Of a stretch of DNA of 64,000 nt, positions 1 to 10,153 are shown piece after piece (the first letter of the stretch is position 1; each line of letters starts with the position of its first letter). The stretch is from NCBI GenBank assembly GCA_009859145.1, contig VRVR01000023.1, positions 205,319-269,318 of the forward strand, written 5' to 3'. A program made the position numbers and the translations under genes. The DNA comes from Andalucia godoyi And28. Taxonomy: Eukaryota > Protista > Jakobida. The notes under the pieces are model-generated. The model ran no database searches. It was not told the DNA's origin and was given only the letters and a program-made list of their open reading frames with translations.

Positions 1-2
1 TG

Positions 3-1679
3 TGTGTGAATCGAAACGGTTTAAGCAGAACAAGAACCAGTTTTGTGGGGTTCACAACATTGTTTGGAGGGGATTGTGCTGCTCTAAACGTGAACATGGA
101 TGTGAAAGGAGAAGGATTCGCAGCCTCAGACACTCCCGCAAGGATTCAGCAGCCTGCTTTATTACAAATCAGCTGTTTTGCAGCTTCTGTTCTCAGAGAA
201 AAGCTCAGCTTTGCGAGGAGCCCAATGGTGGATGTCACGTGCGATTCTGGAGACATGGCTGCATCGCTGGCTTCCAATTCGTATTTTTCGAGTGTGTCGT
301 GCTTGGATAACCGACCCGAAGTGATGACGACGCTCTCTCAGTTGGAAAAGTTGAGATCTCCAAAGATTGATGTCTTGAACGGCGTGTCTCTTGAATCCTT
401 GTTTATCCACGAGTATCAGGATACCCGAAGACCGATTTTCCAAACCATGTTTCCGAGCGCTCCAATCATCATGGATGTAGATGTTTTTCACAGTTATGGG
501 TCCGATTACGGACTGTTGCATTGGTGTCGACTGATGCTGAAAAAGGGATGCTCCTGTTTGTTCCTAGTTTTCCGTGCCGCAGACGCTTGCACGGTTGCTC
601 AGCAAAGCGAATTCAGAGCAATGTCTCGGTTTTCCTTTGATTCCACATCCGAGAGCGTGAAGGTCTTGGCGCTTGCTGGATTTCGACATCCAGTGGGTCC
701 GCTGCTTCCTTCCGTGCAATCGCGTCGACAATTCGAGTATCTGCTGACGTGCAGCGGGGGCGGGGATCTGAAGGCGAGACTGAACCATGTTTTGCGGATG
801 GTCAAATTTCGCACGATTCCGGAAGCACATGCGAGAGTCGTAGGCTCTATTTTGAGAGACGTGGCGCTTGGCTTGAACGACGAAGTCATTTACGATAATT
901 TGTTTGCGTTGGCACACCGAGACTTGCTTCGAGATCCGCACATCATCGAGCGTCTAGATCAAAACAAACAACAGAGTCGAGCAGAAAATAGAGTAGACGA
1001 TTTGGTTTCCTTGCTGACCGCGTTTGTGACAGTAGATGCGACAACGCGATTTTTAGATTTCGGCTGTTCCGAGGGGTCCATTACGTCTGCGCTGGCCGCA
1101 GCCTTGCACATTTCCCCGGAGCGAGCGTTTGGATGCGACGTTTTCCCGGTTCAAAACAAGACTGGCTTCCAGTTTTCAATGACGGATGGAATCCATCTTC
1201 CATTTGACAACGAATCATTTCCGTTTGTTACGGCCCTCATGTCGCTGCACCACGTCGAGAATTTGAACGAGTCGTTTCTGGAAATTGCGCGCGTGCTGAA
1301 ACCGGGGGGCATTCTCTTGATCCGCGAGCATGATTGTCAGCCAGCGGAGCTCTCCGTCTTGCTGGATGTGATGCACGGAATGTATGCCAGTGTGTGGGCC
1401 GATCCCCGTGAAACCGAGGACTTTTGCACTTCTTACTGGGCGCACTATCGATCTCGTGACGAGTGGAACCGCTTCATCGTTCCCCATGGATTCTCACGGC
1501 TTTCCATCCCAAACGAGAGGCCGCTCCCACAGCCAGTGCTCATGAGCGATCCTCAGACGATTCGCTGGAACAGATCATTTGAGGAATGTCTTCGGTCCAA
1601 GAATCTGGTTGGCCGCCAAGATCGTGCACCTGTGAATGCATTTCGGCATTACTATGAGGTATTCCGAAAAGAAGTGTGA
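3..1679 (+). CDS. SAM-dependent methyltransferase (C-terminal class I MTase, possible degenerate N-terminal MTase-like domain); probably 5'-truncated by the window edge
   Basis: 557-aa ORF that is open to the window edge. The C-terminal part has motif I FLDFGCSEG, AFGCDV, HLPFDNESFPFVTALMSLHHV and IARVLKPGGILLIREHD. The N-terminal PMVDVTCDSGDMAASLA...VSCLD resembles a second, degenerate SAM-binding loop. Confidence 0.85.
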   Translation, partial: CVNRNGLSRTRTSFVGFTTLFGGDCAALNVNMDVKGEGFAASDTPARIQQPALLQISCFAASVLREKLSFARSPMVDVTCDSGDMAASLASNSYFSSVSCLDNRPEVMTTLSQLEKLRSPKIDVLNGVSLESLFIHEYQDTRRPIFQTMFPSAPIIMDVDVFHSYGSDYGLLHWCRLMLKKGCSCLFLVFRAADACTVAQQSEFRAMSRFSFDSTSESVKVLALAGFRHPVGPLLPSVQSRRQFEYLLTCSGGGDLKARLNHVLRMVKFRTIPEAHARVVGSILRDVALGLNDEVIYDNLFALAHRDLLRDPHIIERLDQNKQQSRAENRVDDLVSLLTAFVTVDATTRFLDFGCSEGSITSALAAALHISPERAFGCDVFPVQNKTGFQFSMTDGIHLPFDNESFPFVTALMSLHHVENLNESFLEIARVLKPGGILLIREHDCQPAELSVLLDVMHGMYASVWADPRETEDFCTSYWAHYRSRDEWNRFIVPHGFSRLSIPNERPLPQPVLMSDPQTIRWNRSFEECLRSKNLVGRQDRAPVNAFRHYYEVFRKEV

Positions 1680-1783
1680 CGGTGACGGTGATGGCGATGT
1701 GCTGGTCGTTTTGTGAGTTGAGGAAGCAGTTTCACGCGGACAAACCGGTTTTTTAAAAAAAATTAAATTATTTAAAAATCAAA

Positions 1784-2824
1784 TTATGCGTACTTCACAT
1801 ATTGCACAACGACGGGGCGTACAAGTTTGGTCACTTCCCTGTAAAACGCAGATATTTCGTCCTTGGAGGCCTTTCCACTCTCGAGAGTGGGAATCCGTTC
1901 CTCCACGTCTTGCGCAAGGGCCTCACGCACGGCATCGGTGGTCGTTTTGTAAATAAGACCTCCAACATCTCTCTTCTTGCTTTCCGGCTCCTTGCTTGCA
2001 ACAGCCGCAACACGGTTCTCATTCACAAATTCTGAAACAAACTCGAGAGCATCTGCGAATTTCTCCATGCTAACCACATTTTCCGTGGACTTGTTCGGGT
2101 TGGCCGGCCGAGATTTGCGTTCCGAAAACTTGCTGTGCTTCAACTTTAGAATCGCTCGTTCTCCGGTGTAGCAGAACCGAGGAAAAACAGGTGACAGGAC
2201 CACTCCTTCAGCAAAGTTCTGCGGAATTCTCGGCAGACTGAACAGCGTGGTGGCCACAACGGATTCGAAGTTTTCGACGTCGAATTTCAAGCACTCGTCG
2301 AGCGGCCCCTTCATCAAAACAGGGGCAACGGGCAGCTTGGTGGTTTTCAGCAGTTCATCAAACACATCTCGATCCACATACATATTATCGACCATGATGT
2401 CAAACGCACAGAAGTCGTTGTGTGGACAATACGCCACACCCTTTGACACTCGAGTGGACAAGGGCACCTTCGGAACGTCCGGGTGGTCATAGTCGCCACC
2501 GAACAGCTCCCCAAACAACCTCATTGTCTTGGCTTCTGCATACAGTCCAAAGACCTTGTTCGCAACTTCTTCTACACAATTGCGGTATTTCTCCAGAATC
2601 AAATTATGCCGATAAAATACTTCGCCTTCTTCGACAAACGCATTGCGACGAGCACAGCGAATAGAGGTGCCCAGATCCTCGCGAGACACACAAAAGTGAA
2701 AATTTGCACCGTCGACTTTTTCGCTGACGATCCACTCTGCGGCGGGATCACACACTTGGCGTAGTCGTTCGAGGAAACGACGATCGTAGTGATTAGTCAG
2801 CGAGTTGTAAGACCGGAAAACCAT
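1784..2824 (-). CDS. rnl2: RNA ligase, Rnl2 family (T4 Rnl2 / kinetoplastid REL-like), including the C-terminal domain
   Basis: Starts MVFRSYNSLTNHY (compare T4 Rnl2 MFKKYSSLENHY). Nucleotidyltransferase motifs: I WIVSEKVDGANF, Ia CARR, III LFGELFGG, IIIa FCAFDI, IV AEGVVL, V ILKLKHSKFSE. The C-terminal FVNENRVAAVASK matches Rnl2 YVTLNRVNNVISK. First ATG is at 2824. Confidence 0.93.
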   Translation of the reverse strand: MVFRSYNSLTNHYDRRFLERLRQVCDPAAEWIVSEKVDGANFHFCVSREDLGTSIRCARRNAFVEEGEVFYRHNLILEKYRNCVEEVANKVFGLYAEAKTMRLFGELFGGDYDHPDVPKVPLSTRVSKGVAYCPHNDFCAFDIMVDNMYVDRDVFDELLKTTKLPVAPVLMKGPLDECLKFDVENFESVVATTLFSLPRIPQNFAEGVVLSPVFPRFCYTGERAILKLKHSKFSERKSRPANPNKSTENVVSMEKFADALEFVSEFVNENRVAAVASKEPESKKRDVGGLIYKTTTDAVREALAQDVEERIPTLESGKASKDEISAFYREVTKLVRPVVVQYVKYA

Positions 2825-3379
2825 GATTTGTCGGATACTTTGCTGCACAACAAATGCAAACAACTACAGCTACAAGGACAACTGCAAGAACAAAACATGT
2901 CACAAAAGCGCTTTGCAGCCACGACGACTTACCCCACTCCACAACACTCCGGTGCGCGAAGCAGACTGACACCGGCCACGGTGAATCTCATGGATGTTCG
3001 GCATATCTGCTGCTTGAGAAAACGTTGAAGCTCCCGTAGTCACAAACATGAGTCGTGACGTTTCGGGAAAACCAAAAAAAAAAAAGCGGCGCTTTTGTTG
3101 TATGGATTCTGCCCACAATTTTAGAAAACAATTCCCATCAGTGCCATCATTGCGGCCACGGAAAATCCCGCTTGTTGCCAATTTGACTATTCTATTCTAG
3201 TCCAGAGCATCATTTATTGTTTTATTAAATTTATTAATATAATGTCTTTTTGACCATTTGCCAAAATTACGACACACACTAATGATCCTTAATCCTCGAT
3301 TCCCCTTCTAAACAGTAGACGAATAAGGTGCTTCCCCCCGCTTTTTCTTCCCGAGCTTCCACCCCACACATTCACGCAT

Positions 3380-3406
3380 ACACACACACACACACACACA
3401 CACACA
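3380..3406. repeat. (CA)n microsatellite
   Basis: Directly visible. Confidence 0.93.
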
Positions 3407-3439
3407 ATAAGATAGGTACTCGATGCGTTTGACTGATTG

Positions 3440-4924
3440 ATGTATACTATTGCAGCGACTACGACGCCTCGAAAACGACGGCATTCCGAAACCGAGCTCC
3501 AGGAACAAGTTGTCCGCGTCCCGTCTTTCCTCAGGCCGAAAAGGATTCGTATTTCCAGGATTTCGTCTCGTTTCGTTCCGTTTCCTCTGTACAAGCCATT
3601 CACATCCGCAGAAAGCCAATGTAGGGACAACTGCCAGAGTCAGAGGCCGAGTGGTGGTGAGGGCGGGAGTGACAGTGGTACTTCGGAATGGGAGGTGCTC
3701 CAAAGCGAGACTGCGGATTTTCAGAACGGAATCGCTCGATGTTTGTCGATGCATGATCGGCTGCAATTGTATGCTGTTGGACATTGCCTGGTGGATGTTC
3801 TTCGAACGTTTCGACTACTCGAAATTGAAAGAGTGATTGCGCTTGACCAAACGCTGCGACTCGAGTTTTTACACAAGCGCGACGCTAGTGAAGACGCGGT
3901 CGTTCTCGAGAGCCAGGTAATGTCTGGCGAAGACGTAGACGACCCGTTAATAGAGGATCCAGTCGTTGACGATGGTGGCGACAAGGACGATGAGGGAGAC
4001 GTGGAAATGAGAGATGCAGGTGGTGTGGAAATCGAGGAGCCGAAAGCGATTCCACGTGCACTTGCTTGCACTTTGCTTCCAAAGTGCAGATTCGAACGGG
4101 TTATTAGCTCCGGCGCGTTTCAGCGTCTTCGCAGTGCTGTCGATTCCACCGGTGGATTCTCGCTGGTTCTTGCTCGACAGTCCTTTCTCATCGACGCTGA
4201 CGGCAAGAACACTGTTTCGAATTGCTCCTCCTCGTCCTCTGACGGATTTTGCATCCCGTATGTTTCCAAATCGGTGTTGCGATTTGAGCCTCCTGCGTCA
4301 GCGTTTGCGACTGTTGAGAACTTGTTCTCATGGGTGTTTCCTTGCTCTGCGCATCGGAATCTTCTTTCTCTGCGGTTTTCTCAATTCACGCAGCCTGCAT
4401 CATCGAGGCTGAAGGGCGTCGAGTTGATGCAAAAGAACCCTGTAATGGCGGCAGAATGTGTTTCGCTGGAGCAGGCAGTGGACGTATGTTTCGGACGAGG
4501 CTGGTTCGTGGTGCTCAGCTTGTTTCTACGAGATCAGGTTTCTGCCGTCTGCCAACTTTCGATACATGCGCTGATTCCTCTTCATCAGTGGGCAGCGTCG
4601 ACGTATCTGCAAGCTCTGCGTTCAATTCCTCAGCAAGAGTCTTGTGCATCGTCGCGTGTGCATCTAGAGGATTATGCCACGGCTGCTTCCGAGGGCGATC
4701 TGCCGTCACCTGCAGCATCTGCGAATGGGTCCATCAGCAGTTCGATCTCTCCTCTTCAGAGATGCCACTGCCATGCAACGTCCATACACATCCCTGGGTT
4801 TCCCGAGTCTGTCGCCGGACCGTGTTTGCGAATTGAGCAGCGGTTTTACGGCGAAGACGCTGTGATTAACATGTTTGGCGCCCCATGTTCGTGCATTGAC
4901 ATGGCGCCAGAGTTGGCCATGTAG
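3440..4924 (+). CDS. Hypothetical protein with an acidic central tract
   Basis: About 494-aa uninterrupted ORF with coding-like composition. It has a basic N-terminus (PRKRRH, possible NLS) and an acidic stretch; no family recognised. Confidence 0.7.
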   Translation: MYTIAATTTPRKRRHSETELQEQVVRVPSFLRPKRIRISRISSRFVPFPLYKPFTSAESQCRDNCQSQRPSGGEGGSDSGTSEWEVLQSETADFQNGIARCLSMHDRLQLYAVGHCLVDVLRTFRLLEIERVIALDQTLRLEFLHKRDASEDAVVLESQVMSGEDVDDPLIEDPVVDDGGDKDDEGDVEMRDAGGVEIEEPKAIPRALACTLLPKCRFERVISSGAFQRLRSAVDSTGGFSLVLARQSFLIDADGKNTVSNCSSSSSDGFCIPYVSKSVLRFEPPASAFATVENLFSWVFPCSAHRNLLSLRFSQFTQPASSRLKGVELMQKNPVMAAECVSLEQAVDVCFGRGWFVVLSLFLRDQVSAVCQLSIHALIPLHQWAASTYLQALRSIPQQESCASSRVHLEDYATAASEGDLPSPAASANGSISSSISPLQRCHCHATSIHIPGFPESVAGPCLRIEQRFYGEDAVINMFGAPCSCIDMAPELAM

Positions 4925-5898
4925 ATTCCTCCTTCACATCCCGCCTTTTCTTTGGTTTCTTCTATTTATTTTATGCATATTATTTTCGACCTTGCACCGA
5001 CAACTAATTGAATCACCATCATCGTTCATCACTTGTCATCACCCATCATCTGTCACGCATCATCCGTCATCCGCCGTCTTCTTCTTCACTGCGAGAAGTG
5101 ACGACGCTGTAGCGACGACGACGCGTTCTTCTCAGGCGAAAGTTTTTTGGCGTTTCGAGTTTTCAAAAACCGTTGAATTTGTTTTTGACCGGCTTTTCCT
5201 GGAAAGGAAGGAACATCTCCGATGTGCCAAAGCAACTTTCTTGGATTGGATGTTTTGTCGTGTTTTGATTTAGCCGCATGTGCTTCCACACGCTCTTAAA
5301 GATGCCGTGCAGAATTGATGTCGCTGTGATCCAGGCCCCACGCGTGTGGTCCGACGTCCCGTCAACGTTACCAGCTCAAAACAGCGGAAATGCCGATGTA
5401 CTGCCCGCGCCTGTGCGTCGTTTCCTTTCATCGTTTCCTGTAAACTCTCCTCAAGTGAACTCTCATCATATTATTCCCCACCTCCTTCGTCCCCGTTCTT
5501 CTTTCTCCAATTGAATGTGCCAAGGATTTGAAATTTTTATTCCAAGTTCTGATACTCCTTTCCCCCTCCGCATTCATCCATTCCAGTAGTCTCCCCCCCA
5601 TTTGACATTTCAGGGGTCATCGTCAACTCATCAACAACATCGATTGTCTATCCGTGTTCTTTCCGTGCTTTGCCTTTGGATCTGTAAAAAAACCGGAACA
5701 GTTCAAAAGGCGTTCGTTCGGCTCGTCACCAGTCGTTTCAATTTTTTGGCGGATACTATAACAACGACCACAACAAACCACGGTGTTTCAATTGTGTGTA
5801 CATAACTTTGAATTTTATTGTTTTTGCGCTTCTGTTTTTCATCTACCCACAGAATTTTTTTGTTTATTGTTTTGGAAGAAAGAAATTGATAGATCGAC

Positions 5899-7902
5899 AT
5901 GAGTGGCAATCCTCCACTTGGGTATCTGCCACCGTTCTCGTTTCAAAATGTTTCATTTCCGCAGTTTGCAAACAACAACAATCAGGTATTCAGTCAGAAT
6001 TCGGCAGCCACCAATCCGCAATCAGCGGGGCTGCTGATGAATATGAACAACCCGTTTGTTCTTAGCCAGCTGATGGCTTCTGGATTCCTGAATCCCCAAA
6101 CCAGTACCGCATTGCTTGGCCAAGTTGCTGGAAATAGTGGAGTTAGCAACTTGACCTCTGTCGTGCCACCTACGAAACGACGGCGGGTTTTGGTTTCTGT
6201 TGCGTGTGTTGCATGCCGAAAGGCACATGCTTCTTGTTCTGCAGAACGACCTTGCAGGCGCTGCGCTGTTCGTGGTATTGACTGCATCGATGATCCAACT
6301 GTCAAGGTTTCATCGAAAAAACGAGAGGCTTCTGCTAGTGATGAAGTCCTTGACGACCGAGATGACGAACATGAGCATCATCCGAACGATCATGGTGAAG
6401 AATGGAATGATCCTGATCCTGATCATCATCATGATTATGAACGTGAACATCAGCAGGACCATCTCGATGCCCCAGTGTCTGAGCATGAGCGAGTCGCGGC
6501 AGGACGACGACACGCGGACGCAGACGCGGAAAAGAACCGCAAGGTTGGTAGCACCAGCAAACCTGTGTCTGCAGCGCGCAATCACCACCACCAAAGTGAT
6601 GTTTATGAAGCACTACAACACGGAGGATCGTCGTCGTCGTCGGTGTCATCCGTTGCAGCGGCGACGGGCGCGGTTTCCAAGAAGAGCACAGCGGCTCGGA
6701 CAAAAGGCGTCTCTCATCAATCATCTCCGGCAGATGGACTTTCGGATGCCTCCGTGTATTCGGCGTTTGATAAGGTAGATAGAAGTCCTGTGCAATCCGA
6801 TCTTTCGGGGCTTCGTGCTCCTTCAACGTTTCCCGTACCGAACTCTTGTGCGTCGTCTCCGGTGTCTGAGTCTGGCATGGGTCGGCCGGATGCTTCCGGT
6901 ACTCGGAGAGCAGTAGTTCCCGTAATGTCGCTATCGGAGACGATGACTGGCAACGAACCGGGCGGTTCTTCGCACTCCACCGCGACTGGGAATATTGCGA
7001 CCAGTAGCAGCAGTACGTTGTCCAAGAAAGGAAAGGATAGTGACTCGACTTCTTCCAGCGACGACGTGAGCACCGATCTGAAGCTTTCGATTGAGTCCAT
7101 CTTGTACAGTTTGGGGCCCAATTCAACGGTTTCGAGAGGTGCTGCGCGGTACACCCCGGAATGCAAATATCCACAAGTGCTTCCAAATCTTTCGAAGCAC
7201 GATAAAATGGTCGCTAACCGGATGATCCGAGCTCTGGCGGACATTCTACTCAAATTCAGGGCGTTTCGCGATGGCGACTCTTTGCATCCTGGCAGCATCC
7301 CGCCCATTATTGGATCCTCTGTGCTACCAGCTTCGGGGAACCATACGTTTGCTGCGGCCGAGTCGTTAAAAGGAATGGAAGATGTGTTGACCCGACTTAT
7401 CGACTCTCTTGCATTTCAGTCGTTGAAGTCGCAGATCGAGAACAATTTCGACGATGTTCCAACCACCTTGCATCCAGGGTTTATCGCAGTGTTTGATCGG
7501 AACGCGACGTTGATTGCTGCATCGAAGGATTGCGAATATTGGAGCGGAAAAACTCTGTCCTTGATCCTGAATAAGCCAATGCCTCTTGCTTCCAACATTC
7601 CAGACGAACGGCTTGATGAAACTCTGCGGTCGTGGTTTACATGTGTCGAAAACCCGAGACTGATTTTGCGGCGGTCCGTGGATATCAGCCTGCGCGGAGA
7701 GCTCTTGCACGGCGCAGTCCTGTTCCTGCGGGACAAGAGTCGCATTGCTCGGCTGGCCATCGCTTGCTACGTTCCTGTTCGTGACATCGACGTCTGGAAG
7801 TCCCGCGGCATTGGGCGTGCCGAAGACTGGTTCCTCGGAGAGGAATTTGTACTGGGATCCTCCGGCAACCTATCCAGAGATTCGCAAGGGGCGCTTCTAT
7901 AA
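5899..7902 (+). CDS. Zn2Cys6 (zinc cluster) transcription factor with C-terminal PAS-like domain, paralog 1
   Basis: ACVACRKAHASCSAERPCRRCAVRGIDC (from about 6205) fits CX2CX6CX5CX2CX6C and is preceded by KRRR. The C-terminal domain is shared with 18380-19807. Confidence 0.9.
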   Translation: MSGNPPLGYLPPFSFQNVSFPQFANNNNQVFSQNSAATNPQSAGLLMNMNNPFVLSQLMASGFLNPQTSTALLGQVAGNSGVSNLTSVVPPTKRRRVLVSVACVACRKAHASCSAERPCRRCAVRGIDCIDDPTVKVSSKKREASASDEVLDDRDDEHEHHPNDHGEEWNDPDPDHHHDYEREHQQDHLDAPVSEHERVAAGRRHADADAEKNRKVGSTSKPVSAARNHHHQSDVYEALQHGGSSSSSVSSVAAATGAVSKKSTAARTKGVSHQSSPADGLSDASVYSAFDKVDRSPVQSDLSGLRAPSTFPVPNSCASSPVSESGMGRPDASGTRRAVVPVMSLSETMTGNEPGGSSHSTATGNIATSSSSTLSKKGKDSDSTSSSDDVSTDLKLSIESILYSLGPNSTVSRGAARYTPECKYPQVLPNLSKHDKMVANRMIRALADILLKFRAFRDGDSLHPGSIPPIIGSSVLPASGNHTFAAAESLKGMEDVLTRLIDSLAFQSLKSQIENNFDDVPTTLHPGFIAVFDRNATLIAASKDCEYWSGKTLSLILNKPMPLASNIPDERLDETLRSWFTCVENPRLILRRSVDISLRGELLHGAVLFLRDKSRIARLAIACYVPVRDIDVWKSRGIGRAEDWFLGEEFVLGSSGNLSRDSQGALL

Positions 7903-9272
7903 AAACACAATTCTTGCCTTCTTTACGTCTACGTAGTGCACATTCGGGGCGATGTCTTTGGAATTCGGTTGAGCAGAATGGTAGCGTCCGAAACGGCGCA
8001 AGCAAAACAAAATAAAACAAAACAAAAAACGAACCTACAAACATACAGCATACAAAAATACTACTAATTATTATATTCTACGACTGAAAAGAAAGAGGGG
8101 GGTGGGGGAAAAAAAGGGGGGGGAAAGGAGGAAGAAGCAAAGAAGAAGCAAAGCAGCCGGAATGCGAAATTGACCGTTCTTCTGATCATCCCCGCAAGAC
8201 GGCAACGCCCAAAGTTGCCCGTGAGATTTCCTGTTATAGCTCGAGAGTGTCCTTATTCTGTATATTTCGAACGAACTCTCGGAGGAGCTTCCAGCTTGTG
8301 TCCGGGCTCGTTAAGTGAACTTGGGCCTAGGGCTCCCCTGCTGTTCCGGGAACACCCCCGCTTTCGTGTATTTTGTTGTAGCGAACTGGAAGCCCCTGTT
8401 TTGGGAGTTGCTCTATACAAAGGCCAGAAACACACGGATACAAACCAGTGGGTATGACGGGGTTGTTCGCGGAATCCAGTGCAGACGATGGTTCGTATTG
8501 GAAGTGCAAGTTGATCAACTCTGTCCGTACGTATTGTCGCAGATGCAAGCAAATGATGCGCCAGTTGACAAATCATTCACGTACTCCGCCTACAGTCATC
8601 CCTTGGCCATGTTTCCGAAAATTGAAGTGGTCTTCTCGAACGACGATAGATTGGATGGAGCGGAGTCGTACTAGAACCGTCAACCCCACCTCCTTTCGGG
8701 GTGTTTCCTTTTGCAGGTAAAAGGTTTTCCGGAAATACTGCTCAGAACTTGACGTGTCTTCCAAGCAGGTGTTCTTAACGATACCTTACGGAGCTGTCTT
8801 CCGAGAGACAGCCTACCGTTCTGCTCATACTAGAAGCCGACTGGCACTGGCGATGCACAGAGGTACCCCCTTATTAGCGAGTCTGTGCTGTCAGAAAGGC
8901 CCAGTGATGCGCGACACATGCGAGCAAATCGGTAGGATTCGCTGATAATGCGAATATTCCTTTCTAGGTATTAACGAATGCGGACCTGTTTGTCAGGCAC
9001 GCTTTCAAGTGTCCATAACGTTGTTTGAAATTAAGGATCATTGCGACGTAGATGGACATAGCCACGCCCACCGCCACCGACGTGTTGCACCATTCTCGAG
9101 TCCTTCTTTCTTTCTCGCTTTCTTTTCTTTTCCTTTCCCCTTTCTTCATCTCGGTTTTCCAAGCGTTCAGATTCTGGGTGCACTTCTTCGCCGCTCTCCC
9201 TGCTCCGAGACTGCTTCTCAGCCTCTTTTTGTTTTGTTTTTTCCCTCTGCTGGGCGTGCAGTCGGTTGCCGT

Positions 9273-9500
9273 TTTATATTTATATTTATATTTATATTTA
9301 CATTTTATATTTTCTATTATATTTTATATTTTTCTATTTTATTTTTATTGTTGAGTTTTCGTCAATACCCCCCCATCTTTCCTCTTTGGTTGTTCACGGC
9401 CGTGGATTCATACTTTATTCACGCGACTTTTTACAATTTAAAGCCTCTTCTTTTTTCCTTCATTTTTTGTTGTTGTTGTTGTTGTTGTTATTGTTGTTTG
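9273..9500. repeat. (TTTATA)n and (TTG)n low-complexity tract
   Basis: Directly visible. Confidence 0.85.
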
Positions 9501-9865
9501 TGTTGTAGTAGTGTCCGTCTCGGCCTGGTTGTCGCAAGCTTCCCCCCGCTTCCCGTGTTTTCCTCAGTGGTTTGACATTCTTTCTATTTCCAGCATTGAT
9601 TGGGAAGGCTGGCGGGGATTTGCTCCTGTTTTAGTGTAGTTATTGGGAACAGAGGAATCGGAGATCAATAGTCCTATTCTCTGCTTTCGGACATTTCGAT
9701 TTTTCGAGCGAGCGGATTCTTTCCGATTCGGATAGCTCTTCAGACGCATAGCCTTCTTTGCACCTCGAAATCCGCCAAGACTCCATCCACGCGCCTCCAG
9801 GATCGGAGTAGTTTCCTTCTTGCAATCGTCTCCGACAGCATCTCGCACGAGACAGGCAGACCCAG

Positions 9866-9913
9866 AGTGAGTGAGTGAGCGAGTGAGTGAGTGTGATACA
9901 CATACACACACTC

Positions 9914-9947
<34 letters not shown>

Positions 9948-9960
9948 CACACACACAGAC
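9866..9960. repeat. Compound (GAGT)n + (CA)n microsatellite upstream of Zn-cluster paralog 2
   Basis: Directly visible. Confidence 0.93.
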
Positions 9961-10153
9961 AGATACAGACAGATAGACATACACTCACAAATAGACAGCG
10001 AGAAACCTTTTGCCGAAAAAGAACGTTGGTTTTGCTTTCAATTCATCCTTCTTCGCCTGCACCTTGGTCATTTTGCTTCCAGCACCACGCTGTCTACGTT
10101 ACTTCTCCGATCTCCTCGTTCTTTCTCGTCGTTTTCGCTTGTTTTGAGACCTT

